Assembly: GCA_040771865.1 (NCBI GenBank)
Contig: JAXGZF010000006.1
Location: forward strand, 124,001 to 188,000
Origin: Desulfobacterales bacterium
GTDB lineage: Bacteria > Desulfobacterota > Desulfobacteria > Desulfobacterales > UBA2245
Direction of reading: 5' to 3'
DNA length: 64,000 bases
The notes beneath the pieces were generated by a model. The model was given only the letters and a program-made list of their open reading frames with translations. It was not told the origin of the DNA and did not search any database. Position numbers and translations under genes: made by a program. This document shows, one piece after another, positions 10,693 through 20,645 of the stretch (position 1 is the stretch's first letter; each line of letters opens with the position of its first letter).

Positions 10693-11922
10693 TCAGATCA
10701 GGATCACTCCGGTCTGGGCGCCCTGGTCGAGCCCTTCTGTGTGGCTGTCGATTTCGACTAGGCCGTCGGCCTTGACCATGGTATGAATCAGCCCGGATTT
10801 ACCCAGAACCGGTTCAGCCCACAGGCCGTCGGTTTTTTGAATCAGGCGCACGCGAACATAATCGGTTCGTCCCTGGGCCGAAGACAGATTGCGAGACAGG
10901 CGGGCCGGAATCCTCAAATGCCTCTGAGCGGTCAGATTCAGTCCCCCGATCTGTTCGATGGCCGGCCTGACCAGAATCAGAAACACCACCATGGCCGACA
11001 CGGCATTTCCGGGAAGGCCGAAGACGGGCTTTCCCGCAGCCGTGCCGATAATGGTGGGTTTTCCAGGGCTGATCGATACTCCGTGAAACAGAATGCGGGC
11101 GTCTTTTTGAGAGGTCAGGGCCTGAACCGTATAGTCGCGGGCCCCAACCGAACTGCCGCCGGAAATCAGCAGCATGTCGCAATCGTCCAGAGCCTGAGCG
11201 CATTTTTGAGTCAGCGCGTCCAGATCGTCCCTGACCAGCCCCAGCAAAACCGGTTCGGCCCCGGCCTGCAGAATCAGACCGGAAAGGGCGTAGGTGTTGA
11301 TGTCCCGAACCTGTCCGGGCGCCGGAGTCTCGTCCGGCGCCACGATTTCATCCCCAGTCGATACGATGCCGATTCGGGGGCGTTTAAAAACGCGAACCTC
11401 ATGAACGCCGATGGCGGCAAGCAGTCCGGCTTCCTGGGGGCGGATTTTTGTACCCTGGGTCAGAACCGTATCCCCCTTGTGAATATCCTCTCCGATTCCG
11501 ACAACATGCTGACCCGGCGCCGAGCTGCGGTAAACCTCTACCGTATCGTCGTCCACCAGCTCCGTGTGTTCGACCATCACCACGCTGTCCGCACCCTGGG
11601 GCATCATGCCTCCGGTGGAAATCCGGGCGGCTGTGCCCGGAGCAATCCGTATGTCCGCCGCCAGCCCCATGGGTACCGTTCCTTTTAATGCAAACAGGGC
11701 GGGATTCTGTTCCGAGGCGCCAAAGGTGGAAGCCGCCTGAACCGCATAGCCGTCCATGGTGGATCGGGCAAAATCCGGAACGTCGATTGCCGATGCGATG
11801 TCTTCGGCCAGAATGCGTCCGGTTGCCTGGACCAGCGAAACCGCCTCTGCGGCGACGGGCGCAAATTCACGGATCTGCGTCAGCGCCTGATTCACGGTGG
11901 CAACCTTGAAAAACGGCTTCAT
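10693..11922 (-). CDS. moeA: Molybdopterin molybdenum(/tungsten)transferase MoeA
   Basis: RSTMDGYAV, STGDEI, ISGGSSVGARDY, PGKP and LPGNAVS motifs. Confidence 0.94.
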   Translation of the reverse strand: MKPFFKVATVNQALTQIREFAPVAAEAVSLVQATGRILAEDIASAIDVPDFARSTMDGYAVQAASTFGASEQNPALFALKGTVPMGLAADIRIAPGTAARISTGGMMPQGADSVVMVEHTELVDDDTVEVYRSSAPGQHVVGIGEDIHKGDTVLTQGTKIRPQEAGLLAAIGVHEVRVFKRPRIGIVSTGDEIVAPDETPAPGQVRDINTYALSGLILQAGAEPVLLGLVRDDLDALTQKCAQALDDCDMLLISGGSSVGARDYTVQALTSQKDARILFHGVSISPGKPTIIGTAAGKPVFGLPGNAVSAMVVFLILVRPAIEQIGGLNLTAQRHLRIPARLSRNLSSAQGRTDYVRVRLIQKTDGLWAEPVLGKSGLIHTMVKADGLVEIDSHTEGLDQGAQTGVILI

Positions 11923-11995
11923 GAAATGTTCCTTTGCGGCGTCTTCAAAATCAATTTTGAAAAAGCCATATCACAAACTCAAAACAATGAAAACA

Positions 11996-12031
11996 TTCCC
12001 GGTCAAAACGATACGGCGTTTTGACCGGGAA
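11996..12031. terminator. Perfect 15-bp inverted repeat, probable terminator for amrS (minus strand)
   Basis: ttcccggtcaaaacg-atacgg-cgttttgaccgggaa, followed on the minus strand by T-rich tgttttcattgtttt. Confidence 0.6.
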
Positions 12032-12191
12032 CGCGGGAAGGATTCCGAACGGATCATCAGGCGGTCTTTGCGTGATCCTGCATCGCAATTTGCTTTTCAG
12101 GGCGGGCGGTCTGAACGAACTGAAAACAGGCTGCAAGAACCATCCCGGCAAGCTTCGCGGGAGCTGGTTGGCCTGGATCGGCAATCCTGCA

Positions 12192-13205
12192 TCAGAGATC
12201 GATTCCGGCCATCGCGGTTCCGCACGAGGGACAGCGGCCTTTTTCCAGCCGGTTTTCCCTGATGCTGTAACCGCGCCGGTCAATCAACAGTTCGCCGCAA
12301 TTCCAGCAAGAGGTCTTTTCTCCAATATCTCCGGGAACATTGCCTGTGTAAACATACCTCAGGCCCGATTTCATTCCGATTTCCCGGGCCGCCGCAAGCG
12401 CTTTGACCGGGGTCACGCTTCGGTCCAGCAGCCGGTATGCCGGATGAAAACGGCTGATATGCCAGGGAGTATCGGGCCCCAGGTCGTCGGCGATAAATCC
12501 GGCCAGATTTTCCAGCTCCCCGGGGTCGTCGTTCAGCCCGGGAATGAGCAAGGTGGTGATCTCGACAAAGACGCCCATGGATTTCATCTGCTTCAGGCTG
12601 TCTTTTACAGGTTCCAGACGGGCGCCGCAGTATTGCTTGTAAAAATTGTCGGTAAATCCCTTTAAATCGACGTTCGCCGCATCGAGATAAGGGTGGATTC
12701 TGTCCAGCGCCTCCGCCGTCATGTAGCCGTTGGTGACAAATACGTTGATCAATCCATTTTTATGGGCGATCCGGGCGGTATCGCAGGCAAATTCAAAGAA
12801 CACGGTCGGCTCGGTATAGGTATAGGCGATGCTTCTGCAGCCGCCCTGGACGGCCTCCTGAACCACGGACTCGGGAGAATGGTATTCGCCCAGAATCAAT
12901 CCATCCCGGTCCGCCGGCATCTGGGCGATCTCGGCGTTCTGGCAAAAAAGACACCTGAAATTGCATCCCGCCGTGGCCACCGAATAGGATAAGGAACCCG
13001 GCGCCACATGAAACAGGGGTTTTTTTTCGATCGGATCGATGTGCCGGGCGACCAGACGGCCATATACCAGGGTCTCCAGAATCCCCCGGCGGTTTTCCCG
13101 GACATGGCACCGTCCGCGGGCGCCTTCGGCGATCACGCACCGATGACGGCACAGATTGCAGCGAACCGTCTGATCTTTTAATTTTTCATACAACCAGGCT
13201 TCCAT
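12192..13205 (-). CDS. amrS: AmmeMemoRadiSam system radical SAM enzyme
   Basis: N-terminal CNLCRHRC, DPIEKKPLFH, CNFRCLFCQN (CxxxCxxC), YTYTEP, RFHPAY, YTGNV and a C-terminal Zn ribbon. Confidence 0.92.
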   Translation of the reverse strand: MEAWLYEKLKDQTVRCNLCRHRCVIAEGARGRCHVRENRRGILETLVYGRLVARHIDPIEKKPLFHVAPGSLSYSVATAGCNFRCLFCQNAEIAQMPADRDGLILGEYHSPESVVQEAVQGGCRSIAYTYTEPTVFFEFACDTARIAHKNGLINVFVTNGYMTAEALDRIHPYLDAANVDLKGFTDNFYKQYCGARLEPVKDSLKQMKSMGVFVEITTLLIPGLNDDPGELENLAGFIADDLGPDTPWHISRFHPAYRLLDRSVTPVKALAAAREIGMKSGLRYVYTGNVPGDIGEKTSCWNCGELLIDRRGYSIRENRLEKGRCPSCGTAMAGIDL

Positions 13206-13223
13206 GTTGCGTTGTCCTCCGAT

Positions 13224-13979
13224 TCAGGGAATTAGGCTCACCAGCATTCCGGTACGCGTTTCTGCAGGACATCTGATATGAAGAGGCCGAACGCGGTATC
13301 GGGGAATCAGGCTGATCACCATGCCTGCAAACCCGCCGAAAGGAGACGATTTTGCAGGTTCAAAGGTTTCCAGATTTCGAAGCATCCACCCGCACCCCCT
13401 GGGAATTCCGCTCTGGGTTTTCCAGGAAATCGGAACATCTCCCAGGATATCTCGAAGCATCCGCTTGATCTCCCAGATGCTGAAAAACCGTGCATGACGG
13501 TAGGGAGATCCGGTAAAAAACCCCGAAAGTCGATACTCAACGCTCTGGATGGAGTATCGATTCACGATGCCCACAAAGATTCGGTCTTTGGTCACCCGGC
13601 AGGCCTCGGCAAGCGCCTGAAAGGGATTTTCGACAAATTCCAGAGTCGTCACCAGGCACGAAAAATTGAAAGCATTGTCTTCAAAGGGCAGATCCTCCGC
13701 CGCAGCCTGACGAAGCTCGACGCGGGATCCGGTTTTTTGTGCTGCAGCCCGGATCATGTGCTTTGACAGATCAACGGCGGTCACATCCAGTCCCAGCTCC
13801 AGAAGCGGCATCAGCCGGGCGCCGGTCCCGCAGCCGATATCCAGCACAGACTGTCCGCGCATCGGCTTGAGCATATCGATCATCAGCCGGTTCTGACGAT
13901 CCAGGGCCAAGCGGTTTCTTGGCTGTGCAAGACGGCGTTCAATCATTCTGGCATCATTATGATCGAAGTCATAGCCCAT
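13224..13979 (-). CDS. Class I SAM-dependent methyltransferase
   Basis: VLDIGCGTG, AEDLPFEDNAF and LAEACRV motifs. Start taken at ATG 13979 because the longer ORF begins inside a repeat element. Confidence 0.85.
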   Translation of the reverse strand: MGYDFDHNDARMIERRLAQPRNRLALDRQNRLMIDMLKPMRGQSVLDIGCGTGARLMPLLELGLDVTAVDLSKHMIRAAAQKTGSRVELRQAAAEDLPFEDNAFNFSCLVTTLEFVENPFQALAEACRVTKDRIFVGIVNRYSIQSVEYRLSGFFTGSPYRHARFFSIWEIKRMLRDILGDVPISWKTQSGIPRGCGWMLRNLETFEPAKSSPFGGFAGMVISLIPRYRVRPLHIRCPAETRTGMLVSLIP

Positions 13980-14164
13980 GGTCTTTAACTTAGTGAAAAA
14001 ACCGCAATTTATCAAGCGAAACCATAAGTAATGCCGAATCGAATGGAATGAAACCTGCTGAAATGCAAAGGCCGCCGGCTGAATGATGTTTTTATCGAGC
14101 GGATAAAATGAGAATCTCTTCCTTATGGTGGAATAATTGATGCCAATATAACAATGGGTTTCCC

Positions 14165-14313
14165 TAACAGGGTGTTGAAAAACAAGGATCAGGCCGTCAG
14201 GCAAGGCGCGCGGCGATACGACAAGCGCAGCATATTCAAGCATATGTGAGCATTGGCGAGAGCCGCGCAACGCTGAATGGCGGCCTCAGGCGCAGTTTTT
14301 CAACAGCCTGCTA
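14165..14313. mobile_element. MITE-like element family A (~150 bp)
   Basis: Imperfect 18-bp terminal inverted repeats taacagggtgttgaaaaa / tttttcaacagcctgcta; non-coding; homologous copies at 8620 and 41427. Confidence 0.8.
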
Positions 14314-14328
14314 AAGACATGATCGTCC

Positions 14329-15756
14329 TTATCCGTGCAGCGGTTTTCCCAGCGACTTCAAGGATGCCTCCAGCATGATTTCCGAAAGCGAAGGGTGTGC
14401 ATGAATGGCGCTGGCCAAGTCCTTGACGCTTGACCCGAGCCTGAGCGCCAGAGTTCCTTCGGCAATCAGATCCGACGCATGGGGACCCACGATATGAACC
14501 CCCAGCACCTTTCCGGTGCGGGCATCGGAGAGCATCTTGACCTGCCCTTCAATGGTTCCCAGCACATGAGCCATTCCCAGGCTTCTGAACAAAACGGTTT
14601 CGGATCTCGCCTCAATCCTCTTTTCCCCTGCCTGGCTTTCGGTCAGCCCCGCATGGGCGGCTTCGGGCATCGTGTAGATGACGCCAGGAATCGCGTCGTA
14701 ATTCATGAAAGTTTTTTCGCCCATGGCATTTTGCGCGGCTGTGATCCCTTCGGTCGAGGCCACGTGTGCCAGCATTGGCCGCCGGGGACCCAGCGCATCT
14801 CCGATGGCGTACACGTCTGGCGCGCTGGTCTGCATCCGGTCATCGGCCAGAATCCAGCCTTTTTCATCCGTTGTAACTCCGATCTTATCAAGCCCGAGGC
14901 CCGCGCTCAGGGACCGCCGTCCGATGCACACCACGGCGGTTTGAACTTCAACGATCACCTGCGCGGATGCTTTTTCCCCAGGCCCGGGACCGGCAAGGTT
15001 TCCAATGGAGGCTCGGATTCCCTGCGGAGTCTTTTCGATGGTTTCAAGAATCCGGTTGACCAGAATCCGGATCTTTCGCTTTTTCATTTCGCGCTGAAGC
15101 ACGGCGCACATGTCCGGATCCACATGGGAGCCCGGCAGAATGCGGTCCATGGCTTCCACCAGGGTGACCTTGGAACCCAGCGCCGAAAGCATGCAGGCAA
15201 ATTCGCATCCGATGGCTCCGGCGCCGACAATCAGAATGGATTCGGGAATCTGTTGCAGATTCAAAGCATCGGTGCTCGACTGAATCGTTTTCCCGTCAAA
15301 CGGAAAGGACGAAAGAGGCAGCGGCTCGGATCCCGTGGCAATGATCAGCCGGTCCCAGGGAACCTCGACCTCAGTCCGATCGTCTTGAACGGCCGCGGCC
15401 AGGTTGGGACCCTTGAGAAAACCGCGTCCCTTCAGATGGCGGATTCCGTGATGCTTTAAAAGCTTGAGAATTCCGGTCGCCTGGTTCTCGATCAGCCTTT
15501 GCTTTCTGTCCTGCACGAGTTTCATATCAACGCGCGCATCCCTTATTTCGATGCCGAACTGACCGGATCGCTGCATGTCTTCGAACATCTGCGCCGTGTG
15601 TTTTAGCATCTTGGAAGGAATGCACCCCCGGTTCAGGCAGGTTCCTCCCGCCTTGTCCTGTTCTATGACGGCGACCTCGGCGCCAAGCTGGGCCGCGCGC
15701 ACGGCGGCAATGTATCCGCCGGGCCCCGCACCGATCACAACGATCCTGACAGCCAT
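14329..15756 (-). CDS. lpdA: Dihydrolipoyl dehydrogenase (glycine cleavage L protein)
   Basis: GAGPGGY, GGTCLNRGCIPSK, GAGAIGCE and HAHPSLSE motifs; start MAVRIVVIG at 15756. Confidence 0.96.
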   Translation of the reverse strand: MAVRIVVIGAGPGGYIAAVRAAQLGAEVAVIEQDKAGGTCLNRGCIPSKMLKHTAQMFEDMQRSGQFGIEIRDARVDMKLVQDRKQRLIENQATGILKLLKHHGIRHLKGRGFLKGPNLAAAVQDDRTEVEVPWDRLIIATGSEPLPLSSFPFDGKTIQSSTDALNLQQIPESILIVGAGAIGCEFACMLSALGSKVTLVEAMDRILPGSHVDPDMCAVLQREMKKRKIRILVNRILETIEKTPQGIRASIGNLAGPGPGEKASAQVIVEVQTAVVCIGRRSLSAGLGLDKIGVTTDEKGWILADDRMQTSAPDVYAIGDALGPRRPMLAHVASTEGITAAQNAMGEKTFMNYDAIPGVIYTMPEAAHAGLTESQAGEKRIEARSETVLFRSLGMAHVLGTIEGQVKMLSDARTGKVLGVHIVGPHASDLIAEGTLALRLGSSVKDLASAIHAHPSLSEIMLEASLKSLGKPLHG

Positions 15757-16039
15757 AATTTCAAGCCTCCTGTATGCCCGTTTGATTTGCTCAGACCTTG
15801 AATTCCCATATCGTCTATTGACAGATTCATCAATCTCAATTACTCGGTAAATCATGTCGGCCGCACGCAGCGCCGGGTCCACCGGGCCGAACAGCCCGCC
15901 CGAAAAAATCCGATTCGGCGTCTGAAAGCAATTGAATATCAAGCTGTTTAAATTCAGCGCGCCGCAAAAACCCGTTTGTCCTGCTTGAAAAAACGCCCCA
16001 TTTTCATGATTCCGGAGCGCACTGATGCGGAAGGAAAAC

Positions 16040-17329
16040 ATGATTCAAGACGAGCCCAAAAAGACATTGCTTCATGGATGGCACACGGCCCATGGCGCCA
16101 ACATGGCTGATTTCGGCCAGTACAACATGCCCCTGTGGTATCCGGCGGGGGCGAAACAGGAACACCTGGCCGTACTCACCGCAGCCGGCATGTTTGACAC
16201 CAGCCATATGGCCACGGTGCTCGTCTCCGGCCCGCAAAGCTTTGAACTGCTCCAGCGGTGCTTCACCAGAGACCTGAATGCCTGTGCAGGGAGGGAGAAA
16301 ACCGCCCTGACGCCGGGAAATTGTACCTATGGTGCGTTTCTGGACGAAAACGGCTTTGTGATCGATGACGCCATTGTCTATCAACTGGCGGATCAGTCCT
16401 ATATGGTGATCGTCAACGCCGGCATGGGAGGTCCGATCGCCAGTCACCTGGAAGCCCAGGCAGGAGGGCAGGTTCCCCGAATCCTGGATCTTTCCGACCG
16501 ACTGGGAAAATTCGACCTTCAGGGTCCCAGGGCGGCCGCCATCCTGATGAGAGTACTGGAAAACCCGGAAAAAGTTATGGAGAGCATGCGATATTTTACC
16601 TTTAAGGGCTGCATGGACCCCATGGCCTGCTTTTCCGACGCCGTCCGACTGACCGATGGCACGCCCGTCCTGCTTTCCCGCACCGGTTACACTGGCGAGT
16701 TCGGTTTTGAAATCTTCCTTCCTCCCGAGTATTTCATACAGACCTGGGAGCGGGTGCTTGAAGCCGGCCGTGATTTCGGCCTGCTCCCCTGCGGGCTTGC
16801 CGCACGGGATTCCCTTCGCGCCGGCGCCGTGCTGCCCCTTTCCCATCAGGATATCGGCCGCTGGCCCTTTATCAACCACCCTTGGGAATTTGCCCTGCCC
16901 TTTGTTTCCCAGGGCAGAAGCTTTTCCAAGGCATTTATCGGAGACCGGGCGCTTTTAAACATCCGATCTCCCGAATACACGCATGCCTTTGTCGGCCATG
17001 ACCTGAGAAAGGTTTCCGCCCACGACCGCGCCAGTGTGCTCGACGTCGGAGGAAGGAAGATCGGAGAAGTTCTTACCTGCGTGACGGATATGGGTATCGG
17101 CCGCTTTGAAGGCCGCATTTACAGCATTGCAAGCCCGGACAGACCGGAAAACTTTCAACCAAAGGGCCTGAGCTGCGGATTTGTCAAAACATCGATCCGT
17201 TTGTCCCCCGGCCAGACAATCACGCTGAAAGACAACCGGCGAAAAATCGAGGTCGTCATTGCCGAGGACATCCGCCCGGATCGCACGGCCCGACAATCGA
17301 TCCGGAAAATGATGGCTTTCGGCCGATAG
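16040..17329 (+). CDS. gcvT: Glycine cleavage system aminomethyltransferase T
   Basis: FDTSHM, DLQGP, SRTGYTGEFGFEI and GLAARDSLR motifs; AAGGA RBS before ATG 16040; first gene of the gcv cluster. Confidence 0.88.
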   Translation: MIQDEPKKTLLHGWHTAHGANMADFGQYNMPLWYPAGAKQEHLAVLTAAGMFDTSHMATVLVSGPQSFELLQRCFTRDLNACAGREKTALTPGNCTYGAFLDENGFVIDDAIVYQLADQSYMVIVNAGMGGPIASHLEAQAGGQVPRILDLSDRLGKFDLQGPRAAAILMRVLENPEKVMESMRYFTFKGCMDPMACFSDAVRLTDGTPVLLSRTGYTGEFGFEIFLPPEYFIQTWERVLEAGRDFGLLPCGLAARDSLRAGAVLPLSHQDIGRWPFINHPWEFALPFVSQGRSFSKAFIGDRALLNIRSPEYTHAFVGHDLRKVSAHDRASVLDVGGRKIGEVLTCVTDMGIGRFEGRIYSIASPDRPENFQPKGLSCGFVKTSIRLSPGQTITLKDNRRKIEVVIAEDIRPDRTARQSIRKMMAFGR

Positions 17330-17395
17330 CGGATCACCCTTTGTCCCGAATCGCGGAAACGCCGAAAAACAGACAATCTGAAGATGGAGGAATCA

Positions 17396-17791
17396 ATGAA
17401 AGAGATCGATGATTTGGTCATACCGGATCTTCGTTTCGCACAGGATCACGAGTGGGCGAAACTCGAAGACGGGGGAGTGCGCGTGGGCATCAGCGACTAT
17501 GCCCAGGATCAGCTCGGAGACGTCGTTTACGTGGAGCTTCCCCAGGTCGGTGAAACCTTTGAACAGGGAGCGGTTTTCGGCGTCGTGGAATCGGTGAAGG
17601 CCGTATCCGAGCTTTACATGCCCGTCGGCGGCAGGATTCTTGCCGTCAACGAAAAGCTCGAGAAAGCGCCGGAGCTGGTCAATACCGATCCTTACGGAGA
17701 CGGGTGGATGGTCGTGGTCGAACCCGTCGATCTCGGGCAGCTTGACGCCCTGATGAATTCAGCCCAATACCTTGCCGTGCTGAAAGGATAA
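17396..17791 (+). CDS. gcvH: Glycine cleavage system H protein
   Basis: HEW, GISDYAQDQLGDVVYVELP, VESVKAVS (lipoyl Lys) and DPYGDGW motifs; GGAGG RBS. Confidence 0.97.
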   Translation: MKEIDDLVIPDLRFAQDHEWAKLEDGGVRVGISDYAQDQLGDVVYVELPQVGETFEQGAVFGVVESVKAVSELYMPVGGRILAVNEKLEKAPELVNTDPYGDGWMVVVEPVDLGQLDALMNSAQYLAVLKG

Positions 17792-17794
17792 AAA

Positions 17795-19126
17795 ATGCGA
17801 TATTTGCCGCATACCCCGGACGATATTGCCGCCATGCTTCGGGTGGCGGGGGCCGGGGACCTGGATGGCCTATTTTCGACCATCCCTTTGAACTGCCGCC
17901 GGGAGAAAAACCTGACGCTTCCCGAACCGCTGACTGAGTGGGAGCTCAAGGCGCATATGAACGCGCTGTCAGACGCCATGGCGGCCGCCCCGGATTATCA
18001 GGTGTACATGGGGGCCGGAAGCTACGAGCATTTCATACCCGAAACCGTGCCCTGTCTGCTCGGCCGCTCCGAGTTTGTCACCGCCTACACCCCGTATCAG
18101 CCGGAAATCAGCCAGGGCACGCTTCAGGCCATTTACGAATATCAGACCCTCACGACCCGGCTTCTGGGCATGGAGGTCGCCAACGCCTCGATCTACGACG
18201 GGGCCTCGGCCCTTGCCGAAGCGCTTCTCATGGCGGCACGAATCACCAGGCGGAAAAAAGTCGCCCTTTCGCGCCTGATCCATCCGATGTACCGGCGCGT
18301 GGTGCGCACCTATCTTGAACCCGGAGGCCATGAGATCGTCGAGTTGCCTTATCTTGAAGACGGACGCACCGATCTGAGTCCTCTGGACGGCATCGACGAT
18401 CTGGCGGCGGCGGCCGTTCAGTCGCCCAATTTTTTCGGATGCATCGAGGATCTGAAAATTGCGGCAGCAAAGATTCACAACAAAGGCGGCCTCATGATCG
18501 CCGCTTTTACCGAACCGCTGGCCTTCGGCATGCTGAAAAATCCGGGAGATCAGGGGGCCGACATCGCCTGCGGCGAGGGGCAGAGCCTCGGCATTCCCCA
18601 GGCTTTCGGGGGACCCGCGCTGGGCATGTTTGCCAGCAGGATGAAGTACGTCCGGAGCATGCCGGGCCGTCTGGTGGGAAAAACCCTGGACCGCGAGGGC
18701 AAGAAGGGCTTTGTGCTCACCCTGGCCACCCGCGAGCAGCACATCCGGCGGGAAAAAGCCACCTCCAACATCTGCACCAACAACACCCTCTGCGCCCTAG
18801 CCGCTGCCGTTTACATGGCTTCTCTGGGCGGCACGGGCATTCATAAACTGGCCGCCATGAACCGCGACAAGGCCGAGTACCTGAAAAAGGAGCTGAAAGC
18901 AGCGGGATTTTCCGTCTGTTTTGAGGCGCCCACGTTCAATGAATTTGTCGTCAGGTTTCCGGCGGGTTTTGAAAAAACCCATCGTCGTCTGATGGATCGG
19001 AAAATCGTGGCCGGCCTTGCCCTGGCGCCTTATTATCCCGAACTTTCCGAACACTACCTGCTGTGCGTCACGGAAACCAAGACCCGGCAGGATCTGGACG
19101 CGCTGGTCAAGGAGGTTTCGAAATGA
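17795..19126 (+). CDS. gcvPA: Glycine dehydrogenase subunit 1
   Basis: MRYLPHT, TAYTPYQPEISQGTLQ and REQHIRREKATSNICTN motifs. Confidence 0.97.
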   Translation: MRYLPHTPDDIAAMLRVAGAGDLDGLFSTIPLNCRREKNLTLPEPLTEWELKAHMNALSDAMAAAPDYQVYMGAGSYEHFIPETVPCLLGRSEFVTAYTPYQPEISQGTLQAIYEYQTLTTRLLGMEVANASIYDGASALAEALLMAARITRRKKVALSRLIHPMYRRVVRTYLEPGGHEIVELPYLEDGRTDLSPLDGIDDLAAAAVQSPNFFGCIEDLKIAAAKIHNKGGLMIAAFTEPLAFGMLKNPGDQGADIACGEGQSLGIPQAFGGPALGMFASRMKYVRSMPGRLVGKTLDREGKKGFVLTLATREQHIRREKATSNICTNNTLCALAAAVYMASLGGTGIHKLAAMNRDKAEYLKKELKAAGFSVCFEAPTFNEFVVRFPAGFEKTHRRLMDRKIVAGLALAPYYPELSEHYLLCVTETKTRQDLDALVKEVSK

Positions 19127-20580
19127 AAGCATTCTCAGGAACCACCGGTTTGATTCTCAATGAACCCCTGCTCTGGGAAAAAGGAAAGAAAGGCCGGTGC
19201 GCCTTTTCCTTTCCCAGGGATGACGTGGATTCAAGCCCCCTGGATCCGGAACTGGCCTCCGAGGGACCGGATTTTCCGGATCTTGACGAGGTGGAGGTGG
19301 TGCGCCACTACACCCGGCTTTCCCAGTGGAACTTCGGCGTGGATACAGGCATGTATCCGCTGGGTTCATGCACCATGAAATACAACCCCAAGGTCAATGA
19401 AAAGATGGCCGGCCTCAAGGGACTGGCCGGAGCCCATCCGCTGCTTGCCGGTCATCTGTCCCAGGGCGCGCTGAAGATGATGTTTGAACTCGAGCGCCTG
19501 CTCGCCGAGATCACCGGCATGGATGCGGCCACCCTCCAGCCGGCCGCCGGGGCCCACGGCGAGCTTACCGGCATGCTGGTGATTCACGCCTATCATCAAA
19601 GCCGCGGATCCGCCCGCACCAAGATCATCGTGCCGGACACGGCTCACGGCACCAATCCGGCCAGCGCGGCGCTATGCGGCTATCAGCCCGTGCCGGTTGC
19701 CTCCAGCGAGCAGGGAATTCTTTCTCCGGAAGCCATTGCCGCGGTCATGGACGAGGACACGGCCGGCATCATGGTCACCAACCCCAACACCCTGGGGCTT
19801 TTCGAGGAAAACATCAACAAGATCGCCGACATCGTTCATGCCAAGGGCGGTCAGGTCTACTGCGACGGCGCCAACATGAACGCGGTGATGGGCATTGTCA
19901 GCATGGGGGCCATGGGCGTTGACGTGCTGCACCTGAACCTTCACAAGACCTTTTCCACGCCGCATGGATGCGGCGGTCCGGGCTCCGGACCGGTATGCGT
20001 CCGCAAGCACCTGACCCCGTTTCTGCCCGTCCCCCGAGTGATCGAGGAAAATGGTTTCTATGCGCTTTGCGAAGACTGCCCCAAGTCCATCGGAAAACTT
20101 CATGCGTTTTATGGAAATTTCGGGGTCATGGTCAAAGCCTACAGCTATATTCGCACCATGGGGGCCGAGGGCCTGAAAAAGGCCAGCCAGCTTGCGGTTT
20201 TAAACGCCAATTACATCAAGGAGCGTCTGAAGGGCGTCTTGCACCTGCCCTACGACCGCCCGTGCATGCATGAGTGCGTCTTTTCCGACAAGATTCAAAG
20301 CGCCTTTAAGATCGCGACCCTGGATATGGCCAAGCGGCTGATGGATTACGGGTTTCATCCGCCCACCATCTACTTTCCGCTGGTGGTGCACGGCGCGCTC
20401 ATGATCGAGCCCACCGAGACCGAATCCAGGGAAAACATCGATCTTTTCATCGATGCGCTCAAGGCCATTGCCAGGGAGGCCGAGGAAAACCCGGACCTGC
20501 TGCACGATGCGCCGCACAAGCCCAAGGTGACCCGGCTCGACGAGGTGGCCGCGGCCAGAAAGCCGCAGCTGGCTGGTTGA
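19123..20580 (+). CDS. gcvPB: Glycine dehydrogenase subunit 2
   Basis: YPLGSCTMKYNP, AHGTNPAS, HLNLHKTFSTPHG and IEPTETES motifs; ATG 19123 overlaps the gcvPA stop. Confidence 0.97.
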   Translation: MKAFSGTTGLILNEPLLWEKGKKGRCAFSFPRDDVDSSPLDPELASEGPDFPDLDEVEVVRHYTRLSQWNFGVDTGMYPLGSCTMKYNPKVNEKMAGLKGLAGAHPLLAGHLSQGALKMMFELERLLAEITGMDAATLQPAAGAHGELTGMLVIHAYHQSRGSARTKIIVPDTAHGTNPASAALCGYQPVPVASSEQGILSPEAIAAVMDEDTAGIMVTNPNTLGLFEENINKIADIVHAKGGQVYCDGANMNAVMGIVSMGAMGVDVLHLNLHKTFSTPHGCGGPGSGPVCVRKHLTPFLPVPRVIEENGFYALCEDCPKSIGKLHAFYGNFGVMVKAYSYIRTMGAEGLKKASQLAVLNANYIKERLKGVLHLPYDRPCMHECVFSDKIQSAFKIATLDMAKRLMDYGFHPPTIYFPLVVHGALMIEPTETESRENIDLFIDALKAIAREAEENPDLLHDAPHKPKVTRLDEVAAARKPQLAG

Positions 20581-20645
20581 AAAATTTGCGATTCACACGA
20601 AGCGCCATGAAGAAGTTCTCTTTGCTTTTTCATGGCCTTCATGTC

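Noticed and set aside
13980..14270. N-terminal extension of the methyltransferase ORF
   Set aside because: It starts inside the MITE and crosses a promoter-like spacer; the protein-like sequence begins at ATG 13979.
15757..16039. Glycine riboswitch upstream of gcvT
   Set aside because: Expected by context, but the conserved GGAGA / CCGAAG / CTCTCAGG-type elements were not found.
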